Source: Candidatus Bathyarchaeia archaeon
Lineage (GTDB): Archaea > Thermoproteota > Bathyarchaeia > Bathyarchaeales > Bathycorpusculaceae
Direction: 5' to 3'
DNA: 64,000 bases
NCBI GenBank assembly: GCA_049512935.1
Contig: JBEKWR010000003.1
Span: forward strand, 43,717-107,716
Each line of letters begins with the position of its first letter. The first letter of the stretch is position 1. The notes below the pieces were generated by a model. It saw only the letters and a program-made list of their open reading frames with translations. It was not told the origin of the DNA and ran no database searches. Shown here piece by piece: positions 8,723-17,738 of the stretch. The position numbers and the translations under genes were made by a program.

Positions 8723-9667
8723 ATGGCTATGAGCATTCAACAGATGATGCCCCAGTGTCCAGTGTGCGGTTCATCCAGCGGGTTTGAGCTTTCAGGGATG
8801 GTTGGAAAATTCGCGAAGTGCCCTCAGTGCCAGAGCAAATGGAAAATCCACACGGAAAAAGAGAAAATAATCGGCTTAACACTTCATGAACTGCCCAAAA
8901 ACGGCTTTGCGCTCTACAAGGTTGAATCCACAAGCACGCCGCTGTTCCTTCAGATCGGCAAACCCATAGCCATAGGCTTCTGGCAAAACCTCAAGCTGGA
9001 CGGCAAAATCGACTGGGACTTCATGTCAAAGTTGGTGGATCCAGCCATCTTAAACTGCGTGATACTTGACAAGGCGGAACTCGTCCTAAACAATTGGACG
9101 GGCACCCGCTTGATGCCAAACGACAAACGCTACGGTCCCGCAAGAAGTCAACCATACATCTTACAAAACGGCGAGCTTCTGCTAACCAGTCGCAGGCTTA
9201 TCTGGCTGGAAAGGCGGCAAATAGGCGTGTGGAAGCCGCAAATCAACTACCAAGTCGCCGTCGACATGCCGCTTGAAACCGTGAAAAGCGTGTCAGCGGA
9301 AATGGGGGACAGCGGAGACTGGGAGAAGATGAGAAAGGTTTCGATTGTAAGTGATGAGGGCGAAAAAACGTTCAACCTGCAAAACGCCTTCCAAGAGCTG
9401 GTTAGGCCGATGGTTGAAAACGCCATTAAACAGCGCAGAGACGAGATGGAGGCAGAGAAGAAACGCGACAAGGTTCATGTGATGCTGGACTTCTCTTTTC
9501 TTAAGTCAGTCATGGAGAAGGGCGGCATGGTGATGCAGGTGCTCAAGTGCCCCGAATGCGGAGCCACAGTTGACTTCCCCAAGAGCGGCAACCAAACCGT
9601 TTGCACCCACTGCGGAAAAACCATCTACGCCCAAGACGTCTTCGAAAAAATAAAAGGGCTAATTTAG
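8723..9667 (+). CDS. Hypothetical protein with N- and C-terminal zinc ribbons and a central PH-like domain
   Basis: CPVC..CPQC at N-terminus, CPEC..CTHC at C-terminus; GELLLTSRRLIW is PH-like. Confidence 0.65.
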   Translation: MAMSIQQMMPQCPVCGSSSGFELSGMVGKFAKCPQCQSKWKIHTEKEKIIGLTLHELPKNGFALYKVESTSTPLFLQIGKPIAIGFWQNLKLDGKIDWDFMSKLVDPAILNCVILDKAELVLNNWTGTRLMPNDKRYGPARSQPYILQNGELLLTSRRLIWLERRQIGVWKPQINYQVAVDMPLETVKSVSAEMGDSGDWEKMRKVSIVSDEGEKTFNLQNAFQELVRPMVENAIKQRRDEMEAEKKRDKVHVMLDFSFLKSVMEKGGMVMQVLKCPECGATVDFPKSGNQTVCTHCGKTIYAQDVFEKIKGLI

Positions 9668-9709
9668 CAGCTGCCGATGAAATAATGCGGTGAGCAAGAA
9701 AATTGGTTC

Positions 9710-10372
9710 TTAAGGTCGGGCGGAACGGAAGATTCTCCGTTTTATGAGTCTGTATTGGCGTTGCAGAGTCAACGTGAAGGGTATAGGTTGACCTAGAGGC
9801 TGGCAGCGCCCGTTTACGATTGCTTTAATTATCGCGTCAACCGATGGCTCACAATCTACTGCCGTGTAGCCGTAACCGATTGTTGGACCGTAGTGCGCGT
9901 CAGTTCCGCCTACACAGGGCAGGTTGAGCTTCTGCGCTATTTCCGTTGCCTTGCGTTTGCAACGGTTAAACGGGAAAGCATTAGCATTCAGCGTTTCCAC
10001 GGCGTCAAATTTTGCTTCTTCAACGTGGCTTTTTAAGCTGCCTTTAAACCAAGCGTAAGGGTGAACTGCAACGGCGATTCCTCCTGCCGCATGGATTCGC
10101 TCAACCGTTTCCTTGGCGCTCAAGCCCCGGGGAATTAGCTCTTTAAGGTTTAATGCGACAATATGGCCGTCTCCGCTGGAAACCTCCATGCCTGGAATAA
10201 TCAGAAAATCAGCTTCCTTGGCAATTTTCAGGCTGCCTTCAATCTGGTTATGATCTGTCACGGCGACAGCAGTTAAACCGCGTTTTTTGGCGTAGTAAAC
10301 GAGGTCTTTGGGGGTTATCAGGGAATCTTTTGAGTAGTTGCTGTGAACGTGAAGGTCAGCGTTTACTTGCAT
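9710..10372 (-). CDS. PHP-domain metallo-phosphoesterase
   Basis: DLHVHS, TDH, GMEVS, HPY, GGTDAH metal-binding motifs. Confidence 0.85.
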   Translation of the reverse strand: MQVNADLHVHSNYSKDSLITPKDLVYYAKKRGLTAVAVTDHNQIEGSLKIAKEADFLIIPGMEVSSGDGHIVALNLKELIPRGLSAKETVERIHAAGGIAVAVHPYAWFKGSLKSHVEEAKFDAVETLNANAFPFNRCKRKATEIAQKLNLPCVGGTDAHYGPTIGYGYTAVDCEPSVDAIIKAIVNGRCQPLGQPIPFTLTLQRQYRLIKRRIFRSARP

Positions 10373-10386
10373 GGGTTTAGCCTCAC

Positions 10387-12087
10387 TTATTTCGGCTGAC
10401 TCGCCAGTTTCTTTCGAACCTCAGACAACTGTTCTTCCAGCTTTGACTCATCAGCGTCTATTTTGTGGAACAAGGGTTTAGGTTTGGCTATTTTGTGTCC
10501 AGCTTCAATGGGTTTTGAGGCTTCACTCCAGCTGCTTTTGCTTACGTTTCCGGGAAGGTTGAGTGTTTGCCAAAGTTGCTCTGCCGTATCCGGGATAAAT
10601 GGCGCTGAAACAACTGCGGCGGCTTTAACCACTTGGGCGGCAACGTAAAAGATGGTTCCAGCCTTTTCCCTGTCGGTTTTCATCAGGTTCCATGGTTCCT
10701 TATCGTTGAGGTACTGGTTTCCGATTCGGCTTATCGCGATAAGCGTGTTTGCTGCGGATAGGAGTTTTGAGGCTTCGATTTCTTGGGCGGCGGCATCCAC
10801 TTTTTCCCCGATTGCCTGCAGAATTGCCTGGTCGTCTTTGTCAAGCTTTGTCGGCGCTGGGACTGTGGAGTCGAATTTTGAGGCGATGAAGCTTAGGGTT
10901 CGGTGGATGAAGTTGCCGAAGGTGTCGTTTAGGTCGGCGTTGATTTTGTCGGTGAAGGCGCCCCACGTGAAGTTAGTGTCTTTGCTTTCGGGTCTTGTGG
11001 CGATGAGGAAGAAGCGCCAGTAATCAACTGGAAACATGTCTAAGGCTTCGTCTATCCAGATGCCTACGCGCTGGCTTTTTGACGCTTTTTGCCCTTTGAA
11101 CTGGAGGAACTCGGTGGCGGAGACGTTCCACGGCAGGTTGTAGTCTTCGCCTGAAGCCAGCAGCAGCGCGGGGAGGATTATCGTGTGGAAGGGGATGTTG
11201 TCTTTGCCGACGAAGTACAGGGTTTTGGCTTGCTTGTCGAACCAGAACTCCCGCCATTTCTCAGGCTGCCCCAGACGTTGGCATTGTTCGATTGTCGCTG
11301 AGATGTAGCCTAAGACCGCGTCGACCCAGACGTAGATTGTTTTGCCTTCCGCCCCCTTGAACGGCGCGGGTATGCCCCATTCGACGTCGCGGGTGACGGC
11401 TCGGGGTTTCAAGCCTTCGCGTATCCAGTTCAGGCTGAAGGTTTTGACGTTGCTTGGAAGCTGCTGGTTGCCCTGCAGGTACTCTGTGAGGGGTTTGGCA
11501 AGTTTCGAGAGGTCGATGTACCAGTGCTTGGTGGTTTTCACGGTTGGCTTGTTCTTGCAGATAACGCAGTACGGGTCCACAAGCATGGTTGGCTCCAGCA
11601 GCCTGCCGCACATGTCGCATTGGTCGCCGCGGGCTTTTTCGCAGCCGCAGTATGGGCATTTGCCTTCCACGAAGCGGTCAGGCAGGAAGCGCTGGTCATG
11701 CTCGCAGTAGAGCATCTGGGTTTCCTGCTCGAAGATGTACCCGTTTTTTTGGATTTCAAGCAGGGTCTTCTGAACGAACTCCTTGTGCACGGGGCTCTCT
11801 GTGCTTGTGTAATTGTCAAACGACGCGTTCCAGCGGCGGAACAGCTCGGCGACGCGGGCGTGGTTGCGGTCGGTCAGCTCCTTGGGCGTGATGCCCTGCC
11901 TTATGGCTTCAACCTCTATGGGTGTGCCGTGCGTGTCGGAGCCGCTGACCATCAGCACATCGTCGCCTTTTAGCCTGTAGTAGCGGGCTGTAACGTCAGC
12001 GGAAAGGATTGACCCGACGAGGTTGCCAAGGTGTGGCGTCACGTTGATGTACGGCCAAGCCGAAGTAACTAAGACGTTCTGGGGCAA
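10387..12087 (-). CDS. metG: Methionine--tRNA ligase (short form without C-terminal tRNA-binding domain)
   Basis: PHLGN (HIGH-like), zinc knuckle Cys motifs, YVWVDA, KASKS (KMSKS-like). Confidence 0.97.
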   Translation of the reverse strand: MPQNVLVTSAWPYINVTPHLGNLVGSILSADVTARYYRLKGDDVLMVSGSDTHGTPIEVEAIRQGITPKELTDRNHARVAELFRRWNASFDNYTSTESPVHKEFVQKTLLEIQKNGYIFEQETQMLYCEHDQRFLPDRFVEGKCPYCGCEKARGDQCDMCGRLLEPTMLVDPYCVICKNKPTVKTTKHWYIDLSKLAKPLTEYLQGNQQLPSNVKTFSLNWIREGLKPRAVTRDVEWGIPAPFKGAEGKTIYVWVDAVLGYISATIEQCQRLGQPEKWREFWFDKQAKTLYFVGKDNIPFHTIILPALLLASGEDYNLPWNVSATEFLQFKGQKASKSQRVGIWIDEALDMFPVDYWRFFLIATRPESKDTNFTWGAFTDKINADLNDTFGNFIHRTLSFIASKFDSTVPAPTKLDKDDQAILQAIGEKVDAAAQEIEASKLLSAANTLIAISRIGNQYLNDKEPWNLMKTDREKAGTIFYVAAQVVKAAAVVSAPFIPDTAEQLWQTLNLPGNVSKSSWSEASKPIEAGHKIAKPKPLFHKIDADESKLEEQLSEVRKKLASQPK

Positions 12088-12214
12088 ATCATATCACAAC
12101 AAACCGTTTAGACGCGTCCCTAATTAAAATTGCTAACCCTTAAGCAACGGCGGGTCAGGAGAGAGAACGCTTTAAAATCGTTAACAAAAACGGCTGCTGC
12201 GAAATTGACGATAA

Positions 12215-12490
12215 TCATTAGTAGCGGTGGACCGCTGTGGTTTGACGTCTAGACTCCGCCTGTCGCTTCAAACCCTACGCTCTTACCCGCATCCCCTTGA
12301 GCGCACGGCGTCCAAACTTAGGTTGCTCTCTCCCGAGCCTAGCCGGGTTCGCCTGGTGAACAATGAAACAGCTCCCCTACGGAAGCTGCCCACAGACCGC
12401 CAGCCCCAAAGGACGGATAGTCAATGTTTCGGAAAGGAAGATCCAAGCGGCCTTTTACGCCTCATCCACAGGTGTCAGCCCGTCGTATAG
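12215..12490 (-). ncRNA. ffs: Archaeal SRP (7S) RNA; ends approximate
   Basis: Minus strand has helix 6 GGGCAGCTTCC-GTAG-GGGAGCTGTT and helix 8 GAACCCGGCTAGGCTC-GGGA-GAGAGCAA, matching the archaeal S domain. Confidence 0.8.
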
Positions 12491-12627
12491 AGGGTTTACG
12501 GTTTCAATGGACCCCTACCCCACCGCCTAAGATCCACCGCCGAAGGGTTAATGGCGCATGATGATGTTTAAAAGTTTCGCAGTGGAGGGCTGGTTTTGGC
12601 GGGTGCTGGCGGGGTGGATTTTGGTTT

Positions 12628-12664
12628 TTTGTGTTTTGGGTTGTTTTTTTGGTTTGGGGTTTGA
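12628..12664 (+). repeat. Dispersed intergenic element, copy 3
   Basis: tttgtgttttgggttgtttttttggtttggggtttga; 33/37 identity with 8504-8540. Confidence 0.65.
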
Positions 12665-12679
12665 GGTGTTGGTGGGTTG

Positions 12680-12735
12680 CGACCCAATACGACCCATTTC
12701 GACCCATTTCGACCCTTAGCGACCCTGCGCGACCC
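12680..12735 (+). repeat. Six CGACCC hexamers at exact 10-bp period
   Basis: CGACCC starts at 12680, 12690, 12700, 12710, 12720, 12730. Confidence 0.9.
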
Positions 12736-12792
12736 AAGCCGTCTTTTTCCGACTCTAAACGCTTAAGTGCCTGGGCGGCAGCAACAGTCTAT

Positions 12793-13071
12793 ATGCCGCT
12801 GACTGAGAAAGTGACTTTTACAGCGCCTCTTCAAAGCGGCCGCAAAGTTCAGGTTCCCAAGCTGATTCGATGGCGCTTCAAAATGGACAGCAGCCAAGCG
12901 CTCAAAGTCGGCGTGAACTTTCTGGACCTGCACAAAGGCTGGCAGTTCTTCTACGCAAAAATCCGCAGCGACGGACGCCTAACCATCCCCAAACTCGTGC
13001 TCAACCTTTACGGGAACGAAGGGGCAAGCCTGACAGGCTACGTGCTGGAAATAACGCTTGAACCCGCATAA
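12793..13071 (+). CDS. Tandem AbrB/SpoVT-like DNA-binding protein
   Basis: Two swapped-hairpin repeats (LQSGRKVQVPK and IRSDGRLTIPK); ATG at 12793 preferred, upstream 54 codons are repeat DNA. Confidence 0.75.
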   Translation: MPLTEKVTFTAPLQSGRKVQVPKLIRWRFKMDSSQALKVGVNFLDLHKGWQFFYAKIRSDGRLTIPKLVLNLYGNEGASLTGYVLEITLEPA

Positions 13072-13241
13072 ACTGTGATGCGATAACATGAAAAGCGATC
13101 ATTATTGGGTGCGCTGTTCAAAATTGCCGAATTATTTAAGAGCAAAAAGGTTCACCAAAAGGTTATGAAAACCCTTACTTGCATCCATGCTGCGAGCATG
13201 TCGGCTAACATCGGCGGGCAGTTTAATGGTGAGGTGAAAGA

Positions 13242-14369
13242 ATGAAGTACGGAACAACAAGGAATTTGAAAGTTGTCTGTATCTTTCTATCCCTCTTCTT
13301 CCTGTTCTGTGCTTTCGCGTTAACTCAGCCAGTTCGAGCTATGGCGGTGACGGCGACGGTAGCCGTCGGAAGCGAGCCGTACGGTGTTGCTGTAACTCCC
13401 AACGGTGCATATGCATATGTGACAAATATTAACGGCGGTTCGGTCTCGGTGATGAGCACTTCTTCGAATACGGTGACGGCGACGATAACCGTTGGAGAGG
13501 GTCCGTGCGGTGTGGCTGTAACTCCTAATGGTGCATATGTTTACGTCACAAATAACGTCGCGGATTCGGTGTCGGTTATCAGCACTTCTTCTAACAATGT
13601 GACAGCGACGATAACCGTGGGGAGCCTGCCTTACGATGTGGCTTTTACGCCTAACGGCGAATACGCCTATGTCACAAATAGCGGCGGTAATTCGGTTTCG
13701 GTGATAAACACTTCTTCGAACACTGTGACGACGAATGTAACCGTTGGAAACTCTCCTCAGGATGTAGCTATAACGCCCAACGGAGCATACGCCTACGTTA
13801 CAAATAATGTTCCCCACGGAACGGTCTCAGTGATTAGCACGTCTTCTAACACTGTGATTGCAACAGTACCTGTTGGAAATAATCCTTACGGTGTTGCCAT
13901 AACGCCCAGCGGCGCCTACGCCTATGTAACAAATAACCTCGGCGAATCGGTTTCGGTGATAAACACCTCTTCTAACACCGTGACGGCAACAGTTCCCGTT
14001 GGAAGCTATCCTGAGAGTGTGGCTATTACACCTGACGGCACATATGCCTACGTTGCAAACTACGCCAGCAGTACGGTCTCGGTGATAAACACAGCTACAA
14101 ACACGGTGACAGCGACTGTAACCGTTGGCAAAAGTCCTTACGTTGGAAGTGCCCCCGAGGGCGTGGCTGTAACGCCTAACGGCGCCTCTGCCTACGTTAC
14201 AGTTGCAGGCAACGATTCAGTCTCGGTAATAAGCACGGCTACGAAAACGGGCTTTAGTTTAGTCGACTGGACCTTATTGATAATTGTTATCGCCATAGCG
14301 CTATTCCTCATAATCCTATCGTGGTACAGACGCCTCAAGAAAAAGACTCAACAAACCCAAACAACGTAA
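13242..14369 (+). CDS. YVTN/YncE-type beta-propeller surface protein
   Basis: Signal peptide, about seven 42-aa repeats (VGxxPxGVAVTPNGxYAYVTN), C-terminal TM helix and basic tail; GGTGA upstream. Confidence 0.9.
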   Translation: MKYGTTRNLKVVCIFLSLFFLFCAFALTQPVRAMAVTATVAVGSEPYGVAVTPNGAYAYVTNINGGSVSVMSTSSNTVTATITVGEGPCGVAVTPNGAYVYVTNNVADSVSVISTSSNNVTATITVGSLPYDVAFTPNGEYAYVTNSGGNSVSVINTSSNTVTTNVTVGNSPQDVAITPNGAYAYVTNNVPHGTVSVISTSSNTVIATVPVGNNPYGVAITPSGAYAYVTNNLGESVSVINTSSNTVTATVPVGSYPESVAITPDGTYAYVANYASSTVSVINTATNTVTATVTVGKSPYVGSAPEGVAVTPNGASAYVTVAGNDSVSVISTATKTGFSLVDWTLLIIVIAIALFLIILSWYRRLKKKTQQTQTT

Positions 14370-14550
14370 AAGTATAATCAGCCATTCCCTTTTTTAACTC
14401 ACACGATTCCCTTTAAAGCCCCACGGAGAAAACTGGAAAAGAGATATGAGCTTCGCTGAGGGTTTTAGTAGATCTAATCCATTTCCAGTTTCTGTTTTCC
14501 ACACTCTCAACTAAGGTTAGGAATGTGTAGTGCTCTTCAAAGCCAGAGCT

Positions 14551-14584
14551 GTTTGGGGTTGTGCTTTTTTGGTTTAGTGCTTGC
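14551..14584 (+). repeat. Dispersed intergenic element, copy 4
   Basis: gtttggggttgtgcttttttggtttagtgcttgc; shares GCTTTTTTGGTTTAG exactly with copy 1. Confidence 0.5.
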
Positions 14585-14653
14585 TGCTTTTGCAGTTTTG
14601 AACCAGGCTGGCCATTGAAACTGTGAGCTGCTTAGTCAACGGCAAGTTTTTAA

Positions 14654-15244
14654 TTGCTACCCAATCAAATAGGCTTGAAGGCTCCAGAGTTGCCCGTCCG
14701 CATCATAATCGTTGGTCCACCCCATTCAGGCAAAAGCACTCTCGCAGAAAACCTAGCAAAGGCAATGCTGAAGCTTGGCGTCGACGCCTACGCCGAAGAC
14801 TTGGATTTAGCAAGCCCCACACTTGACTTCATACGGGGCAAAGTGGGGTGGGAGCGGCGGCTAACCGCGAAGAAGCCGTGGACCATGGATTTAGCTAAAG
14901 AGGCGGCATCCATCTTCCTGAAAGCTTCAGAAAAACACACGGTTGTCATCGGCGACGCTCCTGGAAAAATATCCGCTGAATCAGAGGAAATCGCGAAAGC
15001 CGCAACACATGGCATAATTCTCTGTCGAGAGGACTCAACGGCTGAAATCGCAAAATGGAGGGAGCTACTCACAAAGCTTGGGGTGGAAACCGTTTGCGTT
15101 GCTGTCTCAAAAATCAGCGGCGACGGCAACGTGAAATCCAACGGGTTAATTGAGGCAACCCTTGCTGGCTTAGACAGAAAGACCCGAGATGACCCCGCCA
15201 TCACCAGCCTTGCTCTGCTGCTTAAAGGAAAACTTGGCGTCTAA
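14654..15244 (+). CDS. Small P-loop NTPase
   Basis: Walker A GPPHSGKS, VVIGDAPGK Walker B-like strand. Confidence 0.75.
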   Translation: MLPNQIGLKAPELPVRIIIVGPPHSGKSTLAENLAKAMLKLGVDAYAEDLDLASPTLDFIRGKVGWERRLTAKKPWTMDLAKEAASIFLKASEKHTVVIGDAPGKISAESEEIAKAATHGIILCREDSTAEIAKWRELLTKLGVETVCVAVSKISGDGNVKSNGLIEATLAGLDRKTRDDPAITSLALLLKGKLGV

Positions 15245-15876
15245 TGCTTGAGTTCTTCTACCGCTAACTTTACTTGGTCCAGGTCATTTTCCCGATTGTC
15301 AAGCCTAACAGTAATTGTGAAATCCAGTTTTCTTCCCGTCTCAGCAAGCACCTCAACAGCTTCCGCATTATCTTTTAACCCATGTCTCGTAGGCGCCTTA
15401 AAGACGCCCAGGGAATCCAAATCGCCTTCTGCATCAATGTAGGCGTCCAAGTGCTGGCTCTTCAGCTTTCCTGCGGCTTTAACCAGTCTCTCATAATCTA
15501 ATTTTGAGTTGATGTCGGTGAAGCGGCGGGAAACAGTTACGTACGCTGGCTCCAGACCCTGCGTTGACTGAGTGCAACCTAACGTAAGGCTGCCTAAAAC
15601 CGCGTTTAGTACCCGAATGCCCCCAACAACTTTGTCGTACTCGACTTCCAGACTTTTTTTTGCAAACTCCTGTATGCCCTCACAGGTGAAGTTGAAGAGG
15701 TTCTTGGTTAAAACGGCTACGAGGTTTCCTTTTTGGTCTACTTCTAACTCAAAATTGACTTTTTCGCCGGGCTTGAAGTATTTGCTGGGCAAATAGAGGA
15801 TCGGCGAGTTTCCTCCTTTGCTGATGCAACGTTCTTCTTTCTGGATTATTGAAGCTGTTTTCGCCATTTTGCTCAA
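15241..15876 (-). CDS. Hypothetical protein with N-terminal AbrB-like hairpin
   Basis: SKGGNSPILYLP...KPGEKVNFEL resembles AbrB/DUF2080; convergent 4-nt overlap with the NTPase. Confidence 0.55.
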   Translation of the reverse strand: MSKMAKTASIIQKEERCISKGGNSPILYLPSKYFKPGEKVNFELEVDQKGNLVAVLTKNLFNFTCEGIQEFAKKSLEVEYDKVVGGIRVLNAVLGSLTLGCTQSTQGLEPAYVTVSRRFTDINSKLDYERLVKAAGKLKSQHLDAYIDAEGDLDSLGVFKAPTRHGLKDNAEAVEVLAETGRKLDFTITVRLDNRENDLDQVKLAVEELKH

Positions 15877-16245
15877 ACTCCCACACTACCACAATTCACT
15901 ACTCATCAAGTAGTGATATTTAACTGTTTAGCACCCTCTTAAAGATTGTCGCCACAAGATAATCATCTTGGTATTCTGCAGAAATAATGTGCATGAAAAT
16001 GCAAGTTGAAAATCATCCAACTGTCCTACAATCTACTGTTCTTACTCTTGGCTTCCATAGTTGCAAGCCGTCTGCCCCAGCAAACAATGTTCGTTCTTTC
16101 TATGGTATCGGTGGGTAAGATAATGTATGTGTTAATTGAAAGATTAAAACGTACATTTCATTTGGATTACAAGCCTGCATTTTGAGACATCACTTACGCA
16201 AAGCTATAATATTGTGTATAATACACCTTATTGGGCTGATTGAAC

Positions 16246-16347
16246 TTGGAAAAAAAGGTTGATAGTACAGATTTATGTCCTTACTGCGGAAAAAAACTAT
16301 GTAACAGTAAATGGTTTTGCCCACACTGCGGGAAAAAAATATCTTAA
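16246..16347 (+). CDS. 33-aa double CPxCG zinc-ribbon microprotein (below ORF-track cutoff)
   Basis: TTG start; MEKKVDSTDLCPYCGKKLCNSKWFCPHCGKKIS; GGCTGA upstream. Confidence 0.55.
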   Translation: MEKKVDSTDLCPYCGKKLCNSKWFCPHCGKKIS

Positions 16348-16492
16348 CTCTGTAAGTTATCGACCTTTAAAATTTAGTCCAACCGAACATAAGAATTAGA
16401 AAAAATTAGACCTTTTGAAGAAGATAAAGAACAAACGTTAACGCCAGCCTTGAACACCCAGCGCACACTCATTTCTTTTCTGCTGATAGCTA

Positions 16493-16840
16493 TCACTTTT
16501 CTTGCTCTTTCAAAATGGCTTGAATAGATTTTTTTAACGGCGAAATATCTTGAGTAGCTGCTTTCCAAAGTGTTTCTACATCTAGTCCGAAGTAGGCATG
16601 GATTAGTTTGTCGCGCATTCCAGCCATCTGCTTCCATGGGAGCTCTTTATATTTTGTCTTTATTCTTTCAGGGATATTCTTGGATGCTTCACCGATTATT
16701 TCGATACTTCTTACTACAGCATTCATTGTTTTTCTATCTTTGGCAAATTCTTCGTATGTCATTTTGCCAACAAAGCATTCGATATCATCTATTGCATCCA
16801 AAATGTCTTGTAAGTAATCCCTGTAGTCACGAATTTTCAT
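16493..16840 (-). CDS. HEPN (DUF86/HepT-like) ribonuclease toxin
   Basis: EIIGEA and RDKLIHAY (Rx4HxY) motifs. Confidence 0.9.
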   Translation of the reverse strand: MKIRDYRDYLQDILDAIDDIECFVGKMTYEEFAKDRKTMNAVVRSIEIIGEASKNIPERIKTKYKELPWKQMAGMRDKLIHAYFGLDVETLWKAATQDISPLKKSIQAILKEQEK

Positions 16841-17130
16841 ACCATAATAACTTCCTTGAGGATTTGCTCGCCAATGTGAGGCTTAAGTGCTTTCTTTGAT
16901 ACCAAGTCAACTTTGACACCTAAAAGCTTAGATAGGTACATTTCAAGATCCATAAATTCAAACAAGCCGATTGGTTCTTCAAACTCTACCAGTACATCCA
17001 CATCGCTTTTCCGTTTTTGCTCCCCACGAACATAAGAACCAAAAACTCCGATAGTTTTCACTTTGAAGTTCTTTCTCAATTCTGCCTTATGCTGTGAAAG
17101 CTTGAGTTTAATGTCTTCAACATTTTGCAT
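16837..17130 (-). CDS. Minimal nucleotidyltransferase (MNT) antitoxin
   Basis: GVFGSYVRGEQKRKSDVDVLV (GSx10DxD); 4-nt overlap with HEPN gene. Confidence 0.9.
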   Translation of the reverse strand: MQNVEDIKLKLSQHKAELRKNFKVKTIGVFGSYVRGEQKRKSDVDVLVEFEEPIGLFEFMDLEMYLSKLLGVKVDLVSKKALKPHIGEQILKEVIMV

Positions 17131-17290
17131 ACTTCAAACACCGAGAACTTTACATTTAAGGCTTTTCAAAAGCACTTGCCTAGTCTCGGGAAAGAACAAT
17201 CTTATTCACGGTTTTTCTTATGTCGCTCAATGTTGTTGGCGGCATCCAGAATTTTTTGGGCTTGCTTTGGGTTCAAACTAAACTTCACTT

Positions 17291-17599
17291 TTATTCTCCG
17301 TAGTTTTCCTTCATGTACTCTTTGATGCTTCCTGCATTCCAGTTGAATGAAACGCCCTTCAGCTCAAGTAACTCCAAAAACTCGCGAAGGGAAATACCCA
17401 AAATCTCTGCCCCTCGTCCCGAACTTATCTTGCCCTTCTCGTAGAGGCGTACGACACGCTCTTGCAACCCATCTTCTATGAACTCTCTGAACAAAGTTGA
17501 GCGATCTACGTTTTCAAGTGCCCTAACAGCCTCTACCCTGCGCAGGTTACGCTTTGATAAGCGAAAGGTGACAACTGTGCTTTTTTCTTCTTTGCTCAT
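17291..17599 (-). CDS. RHH/UPF0175-family antitoxin-like protein
   Basis: VVTFRL N-terminus; LYEKGKISSGRGAEILGISLREFLELL UPF0175 pattern; no PIN partner adjacent. Confidence 0.75.
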   Translation of the reverse strand: MSKEEKSTVVTFRLSKRNLRRVEAVRALENVDRSTLFREFIEDGLQERVVRLYEKGKISSGRGAEILGISLREFLELLELKGVSFNWNAGSIKEYMKENYGE

Positions 17600-17738
17600 C
17601 CTTTGTTACTCAGCATCAGAGAATAAATGTGACACATAAAAAGTTACGGCAACACTAACCCAAGAAACAGATTTGACCCTTTTTAGCTATTTCGGGACAA
17701 TGCGGCGGGCGATGAGGTAAACATAAAAAGCAGCAGAT

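Noticed and set aside
10463-11973. Multiple overlapping ORFs within metG, and similar sets within trp, uvr and hydrogenase genes
   Set aside because: Antisense or alternate-frame shadows of GC-rich, well-supported genes.
12631-12792. 54-aa N-terminal extension of the AbrB-like ORF
   Set aside because: It translates the G/T-rich element and the 10-bp repeats; ATG 12793 gives the compact domain.
14430-14491. 10-bp inverted repeat AAACTGGAAA/TTTCCAGTTT with small internal hairpins
   Set aside because: Short and AT-rich with a 42-nt spacer; too weak to call a structured RNA or element end.
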